From NCBI GenBank assembly GCA_035455725.1, contig DATIEM010000135.1, forward strand, positions 1,764 to 65,763: a DNA stretch of 64,000 nt. Reading direction: 5' to 3'. The position numbers and the translations under genes are program-made. Positions 26,995 through 36,901 of this stretch are shown piece after piece. The stretch's first letter is position 1, and each line of letters starts with the position of its first letter. The notes beneath the pieces were generated by a model. The model searched no databases and was not told the DNA's origin. It saw only the letters and a program-made list of their open reading frames with translations. The DNA comes from Rhizomicrobium sp. GTDB lineage: Bacteria; Pseudomonadota; Alphaproteobacteria; Micropepsales; Micropepsaceae.

Positions 26995-28247
26995 GCAGCG
27001 GCAAGGTTTATGTCATCGGAGCAGGATTGTCCGGCCTCGCCGCTGGTGTTGCCCTCGCAAGCCGCGGCGCGCGGGTTGTGCTGATCGAAGGGGCAGGGCA
27101 GGCGGGCGGCCGCTGCCGCTCCTATGTCGATCCGGTGCTGAACCAGACGATCGACAACGGCAACCACCTGATTCTTTCCGGCAATCACGCGACGTTCGGC
27201 TATTTGCGCACCATCGGCGCAGCGGATCGCCTTGCGGGGCCTGAGCACGCCGGCTTTCCATTTGTCGACGTCCGCACCGGCGCGCGCTGGACCCTTTCCC
27301 CGAATGACGGCGCGATTCCGTGGTGGGTGCTCTCGTCGAAGCGCCGGGTGCCGGGCACATCTATTCTTGAATATCTCGCCATGGCAAAGCTGCTCGCAGC
27401 TTCTGGAGCACAACGCATTGACGCAGTGATCGCCTGTCAGGGAAATTTCTGGGAACGCCTGCTGCGGCCATTGTTACTAGCGGCGCTGAACACCGAGCCG
27501 GAAGCAGCATCGGCCTCCTTGGCGGCCGTCGTCCTGCGCGAAACATTGCTAAAAGGCGGCCGCGCTTACCGACCGCGCATTTCTGCGCCGCATCTCGGCA
27601 GCACCTTCATCGACCCGGCCCTTGATTACCTGAAGCGGCAAGGTGCGGAGGTTCGCTTCGGCTCGCGCCTGCGTGGCATACAATCCGCGAACAACTGTGC
27701 GACGGCGCTCGATATTGCGAATGGCTCGATTGAACTCGGCCCAGATGATCGCGTTGTCCTTGCCACCCCAGCATGGGTCGCCACCGAATTGTTGCCCGCT
27801 GTGCTGGCGCCTGCGGATTTCCGCTCCATCGTGAATGCGCATTTCGCGGTGACACCGCCGCCGAATGCACCGATGATGATCGGCATCGTCGGCGGTGTGG
27901 CGGAGTGGGTGTTCGCTTTTGCTGATCGCATCTGCGTCACCGTCTCCAACGCAGATGCGATTGTGGATCGCGCCCGAGAAGAGCTGGCCAGAACATTGTG
28001 GTGCGATGTGGTGGCGGCGCATGGCCTGGCAGCGGAATTGCCGCCGTGGCAGATCGTGAAGGAGCGACGCGCCACTTTTGCCGCGACGCCGGAGCAGGCG
28101 AAACGCCGCGCCAAAGCTAAAACCCGCTGGTCCAACCTGTTCCTCGCCGGCGATTGGACCGATACCGGGCTGCCCGCGACCATCGAAGGCGCGATCCGAT
28201 CCGGCAACCACGCCGCGGAATTGGCGCTGCGGTCTCTGGCGCAGTAA
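26991..28247 (+). CDS. hpnE: Hydroxysqualene dehydroxylase (FAD)
   Basis: VIGAGLSGLAA, AGGRCRSY, IDNGNHL, LAGDWTDTGLPATIEGAIRSG. Confidence 0.92.
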   Translation: MSSGKVYVIGAGLSGLAAGVALASRGARVVLIEGAGQAGGRCRSYVDPVLNQTIDNGNHLILSGNHATFGYLRTIGAADRLAGPEHAGFPFVDVRTGARWTLSPNDGAIPWWVLSSKRRVPGTSILEYLAMAKLLAASGAQRIDAVIACQGNFWERLLRPLLLAALNTEPEAASASLAAVVLRETLLKGGRAYRPRISAPHLGSTFIDPALDYLKRQGAEVRFGSRLRGIQSANNCATALDIANGSIELGPDDRVVLATPAWVATELLPAVLAPADFRSIVNAHFAVTPPPNAPMMIGIVGGVAEWVFAFADRICVTVSNADAIVDRAREELARTLWCDVVAAHGLAAELPPWQIVKERRATFAATPEQAKRRAKAKTRWSNLFLAGDWTDTGLPATIEGAIRSGNHAAELALRSLAQ

Positions 28248-28256
28248 TTTCCAGCC

Positions 28257-30185
28257 ATGGATCAGGCGCTCACCGTCGACCGCGCGGAACTGGATAGTGC
28301 TATCGCGCGCGCCACCAATGCGCTGCTGAGGCTGCAGCGCGCCGATGGCCACTGGGTGTTCGAGCTGGAAGCGGATGGCACCATCCCCTCGGAATACATC
28401 CTGCTCACGCACTATCTGGGTGAGACGCCGAACCTTGAACTCGAGCGCAAGATCGGCGTTTACCTACGCCGCAACCAGGCCGATCACGGCGGCTGGCCGC
28501 TCTACTACGAGGGCGCCTTCGACATCAGCGCGACCGTGAAGGCGTACTTCGCTCTGAAGATGATCGGCGATTCAGCGGATGCGTCGCACATGGTCCGCGC
28601 GCGAGAGGCCATTCTCGCCCACGGGGGCGCCGATCGCAGCAACGTTTTCACCCGCATCCAGCTCGCGCTGTTCGGTGAAACGGCGTGGAGCAACACGCCA
28701 ACCGTTCCAGCCGAGATGATCCTGTTGCCGCACTGGTTCCCGGTTCACCTGTCAAAAATGTCGTACTGGGCGCGGACGGTGATCGTGCCGCTGCTGGTAT
28801 TGCAGGCGCTGAAGCCGCGCGCGCGCAATCCGCGCAATGTGCATGTGCCGGAGCTGTTTCTGCCGCACGGCTCGCCCGTCCCGAAACGCGCACCGCACCA
28901 GAGCCGCGGCTGGTCCGCCTTCTTCGGTACGCTTGATTGGCTGTTGAAACGCTTCGACCCGTTCTGGCCGAAGGCGCTGCGTCGTCGCGCCATTGTGGCA
29001 TGCGAGAGGTTCGTCGTCGAACGATTAAACGGGGAAGAAGGTCTCGGCGCCATTTACCCCGCCATGGCGAATTCGGTGATGATGTTCGATTGTTTGGGCT
29101 ATCCCCCGACGCATCCGCATCGCGCTATCGCGCGGCGCTCGGTGGAGAAGCTGCTCGTCATCAAGGAGGATGAAGCGTACTGCCAGCCGTGCGTGTCGCC
29201 GGTGTGGGACACGGCGCTCGCCTGCCACGCGCTCCTGGAGGTGCAAGGCACCGAAGATGCGGTCGCGCGCGGCCTCGAATGGGTGAAGCCCTTGCAGGTG
29301 CTGGATGTGACGGGTGACTGGGCGGAAGAGCGGCCGGATGTGCGCCCGGGCGGCTGGGCCTTCCAGTATAACAATGCGCATTATCCCGACCTCGACGATA
29401 CAGCCGTGGTGGTGATGGCGCTCGATCGGGCAGCGAAGCGCGAAGGCGCTGCCGAAGCGATCTCGCGCGGGCGCGAATGGGTGGAGGGCCTGCAAAGCCG
29501 GAACGGCGGCTGGGGCGCCTTCGATGCCGACAATTCATACAACTATCTGAACAACATTCCGTTCGCCGATCATGGCGCGCTGCTCGATCCTCCGACGGAG
29601 GATGTCACCGGGCGCTGCCTCGGCATGCTGGCGCAACTGGGTGAGCCGCTCGAATCGCGGCGCATGAAGGCGGCAATCGACTATCTGGAGCGCGCGCAGC
29701 TGAAGGATGGCAGCTGGTTCGGGCGCTGGGGCGTCAATTACATCTACGGAACATGGTCTGCTTTGGCAGGATTGAATGCGGCCGGTCTCGATCCCAAACA
29801 CCCGATGCTGCGCAAGGCGGCCGAGTGGTTGATCTCCATTCAGAACGCGGATGGCGGCTGGGGCGAAAGCTGCGACAGCTACAAACTCCATTACGCGGGC
29901 CATGAGCCCGCGCCCTCAACGGCATCGCAAACTGCCTGGGGCTTATTGGGATTGATGGCGGCGGGCGAGGTCGACCATCCTGCGGTGACGCGCGGCATTG
30001 AATACCTGCAGGAGACGCAAGCCGAAGACGGCTTGTGGAACCAACTGCGCTACACCGGCGGCGGTTTCCCGCGCGTATTCTATTTGCGCTACCATGGCTA
30101 CCCAAAGTTCTTCCCGCTGTGGGCCATGGCGCGCTACCGGAATCTCAAGGCCAGCAACACCCGCCATGTGGCGTACGGATTGTGA
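28257..30185 (+). CDS. shc: Squalene-hopene cyclase
   Basis: YPDLDDTAVV (DxDD), QW repeats (QRADGHW, QSRNGGW, QLKDGSW, QNADGGW), YLRYHGY. Confidence 0.97.
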   Translation: MDQALTVDRAELDSAIARATNALLRLQRADGHWVFELEADGTIPSEYILLTHYLGETPNLELERKIGVYLRRNQADHGGWPLYYEGAFDISATVKAYFALKMIGDSADASHMVRAREAILAHGGADRSNVFTRIQLALFGETAWSNTPTVPAEMILLPHWFPVHLSKMSYWARTVIVPLLVLQALKPRARNPRNVHVPELFLPHGSPVPKRAPHQSRGWSAFFGTLDWLLKRFDPFWPKALRRRAIVACERFVVERLNGEEGLGAIYPAMANSVMMFDCLGYPPTHPHRAIARRSVEKLLVIKEDEAYCQPCVSPVWDTALACHALLEVQGTEDAVARGLEWVKPLQVLDVTGDWAEERPDVRPGGWAFQYNNAHYPDLDDTAVVVMALDRAAKREGAAEAISRGREWVEGLQSRNGGWGAFDADNSYNYLNNIPFADHGALLDPPTEDVTGRCLGMLAQLGEPLESRRMKAAIDYLERAQLKDGSWFGRWGVNYIYGTWSALAGLNAAGLDPKHPMLRKAAEWLISIQNADGGWGESCDSYKLHYAGHEPAPSTASQTAWGLLGLMAAGEVDHPAVTRGIEYLQETQAEDGLWNQLRYTGGGFPRVFYLRYHGYPKFFPLWAMARYRNLKASNTRHVAYGL

Positions 30186-30210
30186 TCGGAGAAAGGGCGG
30201 ACCATCGCAA

Positions 30211-30594
30211 ATGAGCATCGAACTCAATCACACGATTATATATGCAAAGAACAAGCAGGAATCCGCTGCCTTCCTCGCTGATATTCTTGGTCTTGCCGAA
30301 CCGGAACCGTTTGGACCCTTCCTGGTGGTGAAGAGCGCGAACGGTGTGAGCCTGGATTTCATGACGCATTCCGGCTCGATTGACGCGCAGCACTATGCCT
30401 TTCTGGCTGCCGAAGCCGAATTCGATGCCGCGTTCGAACGCATCAAAGAGCGCGGCCTCGATTATTGGGCCGATCCCGCCAAGAAACTGCCTGGCGAGAT
30501 CAACAAGAATGACGGGGGCCGGGGTGTATATTTCCACGACCCGTCCGGCCATTTTCTGGAAATCCTCACTGTCCCTTACGGCGGCTGGCGCTGA
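30211..30594 (+). CDS. VOC/glyoxalase family protein
   Basis: IELNHTII, QHYAFL, GGRGVYFHDPSGHFLEILT; GGAG RBS before ATG 30211. Confidence 0.85.
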   Translation: MSIELNHTIIYAKNKQESAAFLADILGLAEPEPFGPFLVVKSANGVSLDFMTHSGSIDAQHYAFLAAEAEFDAAFERIKERGLDYWADPAKKLPGEINKNDGGRGVYFHDPSGHFLEILTVPYGGWR

Positions 30595-30596
30595 GC

Positions 30597-31256
30597 GTGC
30601 TCGTTGCCGTCACCGGGATGCAGCGGGAGGCGAGGCTGTTGCGCGGCCGCTGCGAGGCGATTGTTGCCGGCAGCAATAACGCAACTCTCGAAGTGAAAAT
30701 TGAAGCAGCAATCGAGCGTGGCGTGCGTTCGCTGCTTTCCTTCGGCGTTTGTGGTGCGCTGTCGCCGGAGCTTGCGATCGGGAGTGTAGTGGTTGGATCC
30801 GAAATTGTTTGCCATAACGAGCGCCGGCGCGCGGATGAAGCCTGGGTGAATGCTCTCGCCGGCGCATGCGATGCAAGGGCTGGAGCGGTGGTTGGCACCG
30901 ATTCCGTTCTGCTAAAGGAAGATTTGAAAGCCGCGCTGCATCGGCAAACCGGTGCCATGGCCGCCGACATGGAATCGCACATCGTCGCTCGAGTGGCGAA
31001 CGAACGCAGATTGCCGTTCGCGGTGCTGCGCGCCGTTTCCGACGGTGCGCGAACCGCGCTGCCCCCCGCGGCCGCCTTCGCCCTCAACAATGAAGGCAAG
31101 ATCGACTACGCAGCCGTGATGCTGTCGTTGCTGGATGAGCCGTCGCAATGGCGTGCCCTCATCCGCACGGCACGGGAGACCAACACAGCGATGAAGGCTT
31201 TACTCCGCTGCCTCGAGCGTCTGGGACCGGGCCTTGGCTGTCCGTATCTCGTCTAG
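30597..31256 (+). CDS. hpnG: Hopanoid-associated nucleoside phosphorylase
   Basis: VAVTGMQREA, LSFGVCGAL, AADMESH, FAVLRAVSD. Confidence 0.85.
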   Translation: MLVAVTGMQREARLLRGRCEAIVAGSNNATLEVKIEAAIERGVRSLLSFGVCGALSPELAIGSVVVGSEIVCHNERRRADEAWVNALAGACDARAGAVVGTDSVLLKEDLKAALHRQTGAMAADMESHIVARVANERRLPFAVLRAVSDGARTALPPAAAFALNNEGKIDYAAVMLSLLDEPSQWRALIRTARETNTAMKALLRCLERLGPGLGCPYLV

Positions 31257-32348
31257 CTTGTGCTCGACATGGCGGGAGAACACGAACTCGGCCGGCCGCT
31301 GATGCTCAAGCGAAATATCCGGTGCCATCGGGCCTTCCGTTTTCACGCCGCGCCGCGCAATCGGAATCATTTTCCAGGGGTGTCGGATGGAATCGGCAAC
31401 CGCCGTGCCCTCGAAGCCGCAATGCACCATGCAATTGGCACACTTTTCGTAATTGCCCACACCGTATTTGTGCCAGTCCGTGTCTTCCATCAGCTCCCTG
31501 AACGTCTTGGCGTAACCTTCACCGAGCAGGTAACAAGGCTTCTGCCACCCGAACACGCAGCGCAGCGGCATGCTCCACGGCGAGCATTCATAAGTCTGGT
31601 TGCCGGCCAGGAAGTCGAGGAACAGTTCGGATTGGGTGAATTCCCAATTCTTGCCGCCATTGCCGCGCGCGAAGATATTGCGAAATAGTTTGCGCGTTCG
31701 CTCGCGGTCGAGGAAGTGCTGCTGGTCCGGCGCGCGCTCATAGGCATAGCCCGGCGAGACCGTGATGCCGTCGATGCCCATTGCCGTCATTTCATCGAAA
31801 AACTTTGCAGTGCATTCGGGATCGGCATCGTTGAACAGGGTACAGTTGATCTGGGTGCGGAAGCCGCGCGACTTCGCCAGCTTTATCGCTTCCACGGCCT
31901 TCTCGTAGGTGCCGTCCAGACACACGCTCTTGTCGTGCATCGCCTTGTCGCCATCCAGATGGATGGACCAGGAGAAATTCGGGTGGGGCTCGTAATCATC
32001 GATCTTCTTGGTCAGGAGAAGCGCGTTGGTGCAGAGGATCACGAACTTGTCGCGCGCGATGAAGCCCCGCACGATCTTTGGCATCTCGCGATGCAAGAGC
32101 GGCTCGCCGCCGGCAATCGAAACCGCCGGCGCGCCGCACTCCTCAATCGCCTGCATGCATTCGTCGTACGAAAGGCGCTGGTTCAGGATCTCGTCCGGGT
32201 AGTCGATCTTGCCGCATCCGGCGCAAGCGAGATTGCAGCGGAACAGCGGTTCCAGCATCAGCACCAGCGGATACCGCTTGCGCCCCGCAAGATGCTGCTT
32301 CACCGCGTAGGCGCCGATCTTCGCGGCTTGTCGAAACGGAATACCCAA
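31200..32348 (-). CDS. hpnH: Adenosyl-hopene transferase (radical SAM)
   Basis: LMLEPLFRCNLACAGCGKI, WQKPCYLL, CANCMVHCGFE; TTG start at 32348 after a GGAG RBS. Confidence 0.94.
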   Translation of the reverse strand: MGIPFRQAAKIGAYAVKQHLAGRKRYPLVLMLEPLFRCNLACAGCGKIDYPDEILNQRLSYDECMQAIEECGAPAVSIAGGEPLLHREMPKIVRGFIARDKFVILCTNALLLTKKIDDYEPHPNFSWSIHLDGDKAMHDKSVCLDGTYEKAVEAIKLAKSRGFRTQINCTLFNDADPECTAKFFDEMTAMGIDGITVSPGYAYERAPDQQHFLDRERTRKLFRNIFARGNGGKNWEFTQSELFLDFLAGNQTYECSPWSMPLRCVFGWQKPCYLLGEGYAKTFRELMEDTDWHKYGVGNYEKCANCMVHCGFEGTAVADSIRHPWKMIPIARRGVKTEGPMAPDISLEHQRPAEFVFSRHVEHKLDEIRTAKARSQTLEAAE

Positions 32349-32373
32349 AGTTCTTCTCCGTAATGCGTTGCGT

Positions 32374-33300
32374 CTAGGCGCGCAATTCGGCCGGCAGGCG
32401 GAACGCGATGTGCTCTTTCTTGCCGTCCAGCTCTTCAACTTCGAGGTCGGGATCGAGCAGCCGCAAAGTTTCGATCACCTCCTGCACCAGCTTCTCCGGT
32501 GCGGATGCGCCGGCGGTCAATCCCACAGTCTGCTTGCCATCCAGCCATCGCGGATCAAGTTCGCTGGCATCGGCAATCAGATAACTCGGCTTTCCCGTTT
32601 CATGACCGATCTCCCGCAGGCGGTTGGAGTTGGAGCTGTTCTTGGCACCTACCACCAGCACCACGTCGGCCACCTTGCATAGTGCACGCACGGCCATCTG
32701 GCGGTTCTGCGTGGCGTAGCAGATGTCGGATGTGTCAGGCCCCACCACGTCGCGGAACTTGCGCTTCAGCGCCGCAATGATCGATTTGGTGTCGTCGATG
32801 CTGAGCGTTGTCTGGGTCACATAGGCAACGCGGGTATCTTCGGGAATATCGAGCGCTTCCACATCGGCTTCGGACGACACCAGATATGTGGGGCCGCCCA
32901 CCTGGCCCATGGTCCCCTCGACCTCCGGATGCCCGGCATGGCCAACCAGAATGAGCGTGCGTCTGTCGCCCACGTATCGGCGTCCCTGATTGTGAACCTT
33001 AGAGACGAGCGGACAGGTCGCATCGAGCACCGGCAGCCCGCGTCGGCTGGCCTCGTCGATTACAGAGCGGGGGACGCCATGGGCGCTGAAGACGGTCATG
33101 GCCCCATCGGGTACTTCGCTCAGCTCCTCGACAAAGCGGGCGCCCTTGCTTTTCAGATCCTCCACGACATGGCGATTGTGTACGATTTCGTGGCGAACAT
33201 AAACAGGTGCGCGATACCGATCCAACGCGTGCTCGACGATTTCAATCGCCCGCACCACGCCGGCGCAGAAACCGCGGGGCTGTGCCAGGATCACGCGCAT
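32374..33300 (-). CDS. ispH: 4-hydroxy-3-methylbut-2-enyl diphosphate reductase
   Basis: [39 protein letters not shown]. Confidence 0.95.
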   Translation of the reverse strand: MRVILAQPRGFCAGVVRAIEIVEHALDRYRAPVYVRHEIVHNRHVVEDLKSKGARFVEELSEVPDGAMTVFSAHGVPRSVIDEASRRGLPVLDATCPLVSKVHNQGRRYVGDRRTLILVGHAGHPEVEGTMGQVGGPTYLVSSEADVEALDIPEDTRVAYVTQTTLSIDDTKSIIAALKRKFRDVVGPDTSDICYATQNRQMAVRALCKVADVVLVVGAKNSSNSNRLREIGHETGKPSYLIADASELDPRWLDGKQTVGLTAGASAPEKLVQEVIETLRLLDPDLEVEELDGKKEHIAFRLPAELRA

Positions 33301-33405
33301 GAAAACTCCATCAGGCCGGAACCGCCACACTGCAGAAATCGATTGCCAAGGACCCCGTTTCTAGGGAACTCCTGAGGACGGGGCAATGTTGCAGCGCAAG
33401 CAAAG

Positions 33406-34314
33406 ATGAACCGAACGGAAACAGAATTCGCCAGCCTGGACGCGGCGCTGAAACGGGCGGGCGGTCAGGTGGATGCGGCGCTCGAAGCCTTGCTGCCTTG
33501 CCCCTCGGGTTTGCAGGGCCGGGTGCAAGAGGCGATGCGCTATGCCGTTTTTGGCGGCGGCAAGAGGCTACGGCCCTTCCTGATTCTCGAGAGTGCCGCC
33601 TTGTTCGGGACGCCAGTCGAGTGCGGCCTGCGGGCAGGTGCCGCGATCGAGTGCGTGCACACATATTCGCTCGTGCACGACGATCTGCCCTGCATGGACA
33701 ATGACGATTTGCGCCGGGGCCGCGCCACCGCGCACCGCGCTTTTGACGAAGCAACTGCGGTGCTGGCGGGCGACGCGCTGCTGACCTTCGCGTTCGAAAT
33801 TCTGGCGGCTGCAGAGACGCATTCTTCCGCTGAGGTGCGGGCAAGGCTGGTGTCGGAGCTCGCGTGCGCGGCCGGCAGCAACGGCATGGTCGGCGGCCAG
33901 ATAATCGATATCGAAGCGCCGGCACATGCATTTGGCGCGGACGATGTCATTGTGCTGCAACGATTGAAAACGGGTGCGCTGTTCGAGTTCTGCTGCGTCG
34001 CCGGTCCCATCCTCGCCGAAGCCGGCGTGGAACATGAGAACCGGCTGAGGGATTACGCGCGCGATTTCGGTCTGGTCTTCCAGATCACGGACGACCTGCT
34101 GGACGTGCTGAGCACGGCGGAGAAGACGGGCAAGGCGGTCGGCAAGGATGCTCAGCAAGGCAAGGCCACACTTGTGTCGCTGCTTGGCATTGACGGCGCT
34201 CGCGCCCGCGCAGACGAGCTTGCATGGCATGCCTCGCAAATCGTCGCGTGCTATGGAAAATCAGCCAACCTGCTTCAGACGCTGCCGTCGTATTTGCTGA
34301 CGCGCGAGAGTTGA
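33406..34314 (+). CDS. ispA: Farnesyl diphosphate synthase / polyprenyl synthetase
   Basis: GGKRLRP, HDDLPCMD, GQIID, KTGALF, FQITDDLLD. Confidence 0.9.
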   Translation: MNRTETEFASLDAALKRAGGQVDAALEALLPCPSGLQGRVQEAMRYAVFGGGKRLRPFLILESAALFGTPVECGLRAGAAIECVHTYSLVHDDLPCMDNDDLRRGRATAHRAFDEATAVLAGDALLTFAFEILAAAETHSSAEVRARLVSELACAAGSNGMVGGQIIDIEAPAHAFGADDVIVLQRLKTGALFEFCCVAGPILAEAGVEHENRLRDYARDFGLVFQITDDLLDVLSTAEKTGKAVGKDAQQGKATLVSLLGIDGARARADELAWHASQIVACYGKSANLLQTLPSYLLTRES

Positions 34315-34315
34315 G

Positions 34316-35131
34316 ATGGTCACCGCTTCGGACACAGCGTTCTCCGGCTCCATTCCGGAAATTTACGACCGGCTGCTGGTGCCCCTGATTTTCGACGATT
34401 ATGCGCGCGATCTGGCACAAAACGTAGAGAAACTGCGGCCGCGAGCCGTGCTGGAGATTGCGGCTGGCACGGGCGTGGTGACGCGCGCGATGGCCGCGTG
34501 CCTTCCAGGCGGCACCTACCAGGTGGCGACCGACCTGAACCAGGCGATGCTCGATTATGCAAAGGCGAAACAGCCTGCGGGTGGGCAGGTTGAATGGCGT
34601 CAGGCCGACGCCATGAATTTGCCATTCGGGGACAACACCTTCGATATGGTGGTCTGCCAGTTCGGGGCGATGTTCTTTCCAGACAGAGTGCGGGCATACA
34701 GTGAGGCGCATCGGGTGCTGAGAACACGCGGACACTTCATCTTCAGTGTCTGGGATGGCATCTCCGAAAACGAGTTCGCCGACACGATAACCAATGCGCT
34801 GGCTGCCCGCTTTCCTGCAGATCCACCCCGCTTTTTGGCCCGCACGCCGCACGGCTATCACGACAGCGCGAGAATCCGCAGCGACCTGAACAGGGCAGGA
34901 TTCTCCAGGATCGCGATCGAGGTGATCAAGCACACAAGCAAGGCGTCGTCGGCGAGTGTGCCGGCGACCGCATACTGCCAAGGCACGCCACTGCGTACGG
35001 AAATTGAGGCCCGCGAGCCCTCCGGTCTTCAGGCCGTGACGAATTACGCGGCAGCCGCTTTGGCGCAAAGGTACGGGTCAGACGCTGTTCAGGGCCGCAT
35101 GCAAGCCATCATGGTCACAGCCAGCGGATAA
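34316..35131 (+). CDS. Class I SAM-dependent methyltransferase
   Basis: VLEIAAGTG motif I, ADAMNLPF, VCQFGAMFFPD. Confidence 0.88.
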   Translation: MVTASDTAFSGSIPEIYDRLLVPLIFDDYARDLAQNVEKLRPRAVLEIAAGTGVVTRAMAACLPGGTYQVATDLNQAMLDYAKAKQPAGGQVEWRQADAMNLPFGDNTFDMVVCQFGAMFFPDRVRAYSEAHRVLRTRGHFIFSVWDGISENEFADTITNALAARFPADPPRFLARTPHGYHDSARIRSDLNRAGFSRIAIEVIKHTSKASSASVPATAYCQGTPLRTEIEAREPSGLQAVTNYAAAALAQRYGSDAVQGRMQAIMVTASG

Positions 35132-35159
35132 GCGTACCGCCATCGCCGGTCGTGCAGCC

Positions 35160-35792
35160 CTAGTGCGCCCCGGCAGGCCCGGACAGCTTGGCGGTTGCTT
35201 CCTGCAGGTGCGTCCCCAATGCCTGCACGCTGTTGCCGTGTTGACTCAAATAGCCGCTGAAATCCGCTTGCTGGGCCAGACCGAGCCAGATACCTGCGAT
35301 TCCTGCATCCACGACGGCGAACTTCCCACTGCCTTCATCCGCCACCCGAAATGAAATCGGCACCGGGCTAGGATCGTTGGGCGTCGCGGGGTCGAGCAGC
35401 GCGACATTGACAATGTAGTCGCCGGGCGCGCGCTCGATCGAACCTGTGACCTTCAATGTCTGACCACCATAACCGTCGAGTTGCGACTCGTATGTCGCAA
35501 GTGTGAAGGCCTTGTAGGCGTCCACGTAAAGGTCGAGATCGGCAGAGGACGTCTTTTCGCGGGCAGCGCCAAGCATGAAAATAGCCATTTTGCGGGTATC
35601 GAGCACCTGGCCAAGCAGTTCGCCGACCTGCTTTTGCCGCGCCGCAGCGTCAAGCGAGGTGTTCTTCAGAATGGCGACGCCGCGATCGATGCTCTGCTGG
35701 ACGAAGGTCTCAACGGGTGCCTGCGCATGCACCGGCACCACCGCAAATGTTAGCAACGCCGCAATCGCAATGAAGGAGCAAAAGCCACGCAT
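35160..35792 (-). CDS. MlaC/Ttg2D family periplasmic lipid-binding protein (HpnM-like by context)
   Basis: Signal peptide; helical N-terminal half, then FRV…FAVVDAGIAGIWL…QQADF pattern of MlaC. Confidence 0.72.
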   Translation of the reverse strand: MRGFCSFIAIAALLTFAVVPVHAQAPVETFVQQSIDRGVAILKNTSLDAAARQKQVGELLGQVLDTRKMAIFMLGAAREKTSSADLDLYVDAYKAFTLATYESQLDGYGGQTLKVTGSIERAPGDYIVNVALLDPATPNDPSPVPISFRVADEGSGKFAVVDAGIAGIWLGLAQQADFSGYLSQHGNSVQALGTHLQEATAKLSGPAGAH

Positions 35793-35891
35793 TTCAACCT
35801 CCCGTACGCATGGGCAGGCGAATCATTGCGCCACTTCGAATGCATTGCCAACCGCAAAGTTCGCAGAATGGCGAAAGGGGAGGGGATCTTC

Positions 35892-36380
35892 TCAGGGGTG
35901 AATGGCCGAGGGCGGGCGCTTCTTTCGGGCGGACCGCTCCCACATGACATGCGGATAACCCTTAACCGGTGCGAGTGTCTCACCGCGGTAGGCCCATTCC
36001 GGAGCATTTTCGATGTGCAAATGGTAGCGTGGCTCCCGGCCTGTGCGCGTCTCGAAAATGGCTCGCGGGATGTTCACCCAATTTGGCGCCTTCGCCCGTT
36101 CATAGAGGAGGGGGGTACCGCATTTGATGCAAAAGCTGCGGGTGTTGCCGTCCGTAGTATCCCGATATCGGCGGATGTTCTTCGCCCCATCCACGATCCG
36201 GAAACGGCTGCGCCAACTGCCGACATACGTGGCATAGGCGCAGGCATGCGCCCGACGGCTGGCTTCCGAATGGTCATGCCACGCCCAGAAGGCCGGAAAA
36301 TCGATCTCCATCCGCACCGCTCCACACGCACATCGCGCGATGGCAACCGGGGGCTTTGCCCGCTTCGCGGCTTGGTGCAA
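35892..36380 (-). CDS. GFA family protein, variant lacking the CxCxxC motif
   Basis: ARCACGAVR, RSFCIKCGTPL, HLHIENAPEW; WAWHDHSEASRR where CHCxxC is expected; start uncertain (TTG 36380). Confidence 0.72.
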   Translation of the reverse strand: MHQAAKRAKPPVAIARCACGAVRMEIDFPAFWAWHDHSEASRRAHACAYATYVGSWRSRFRIVDGAKNIRRYRDTTDGNTRSFCIKCGTPLLYERAKAPNWVNIPRAIFETRTGREPRYHLHIENAPEWAYRGETLAPVKGYPHVMWERSARKKRPPSAIHP

Positions 36381-36393
36381 TGTCTTGACGCGA

Positions 36394-36771
36394 TCACCTT
36401 TCAACCGCGCCACCGGAATCCACCCAATCCTTGAACCCACCAAGATTGAAGACCTTTTGGTACCCCATCTCTTTTAGCGCTTTGCCGGCCAGGGCAGAGC
36501 GCCCGCCCGAGGCACAGTACAGGATAATAGGCCTGCTCTTGTCGAAATGCGGGTCGTGGTAGGGCGACTCCGGATCGGCGCGAAATTCCAGCATGCCGCG
36601 CGAGACGTTCACTGCGCCCTCCGCTTTGCCGCTTGCGCCCACCTCTGGCGAATCGCGCACATCGAGGAGCAAAGCATCGTCTTTTGCGATCATCTGTTGC
36701 GCCTCCCGCGGCGAAATTCGCGGGACCGCGGCATTCGCCGCTTCCAACATTTGTTTGACGCTGCTCGTCAT
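36394..36771 (-). CDS. Single-domain rhodanese/sulfurtransferase
   Basis: LLDVRD, VSRGMLEFRAD, LYCASGGRSALA, FNLGGFKDW; ATG 36771. Confidence 0.9.
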   Translation of the reverse strand: MTSSVKQMLEAANAAVPRISPREAQQMIAKDDALLLDVRDSPEVGASGKAEGAVNVSRGMLEFRADPESPYHDPHFDKSRPIILYCASGGRSALAGKALKEMGYQKVFNLGGFKDWVDSGGAVER

Positions 36772-36901
36772 CTCATCCTCCGAAGCTGGACCATATTCTT
36801 CCTTCCCCGCCGCGGTGCCAACTGCAAAAAAGACACTGGACAGGCGGAAGGGTGAGGTGCTGTGCTTGGCCCGCCATCGCGTGGAAGGACTTCGCCGGGA
36901 A

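Noticed and set aside
34316-35131. Methyltransferase as hopanoid C-2/C-3 methylase (HpnP/HpnR)
   Set aside because: Those are B12-binding radical SAM enzymes; this is a class I methyltransferase with no CxxxCxxC.
36593-36901. N-terminal extension of the phaR ORF
   Set aside because: Antisense to the rhodanese gene; the PhaR motif begins just after GTG 36902.
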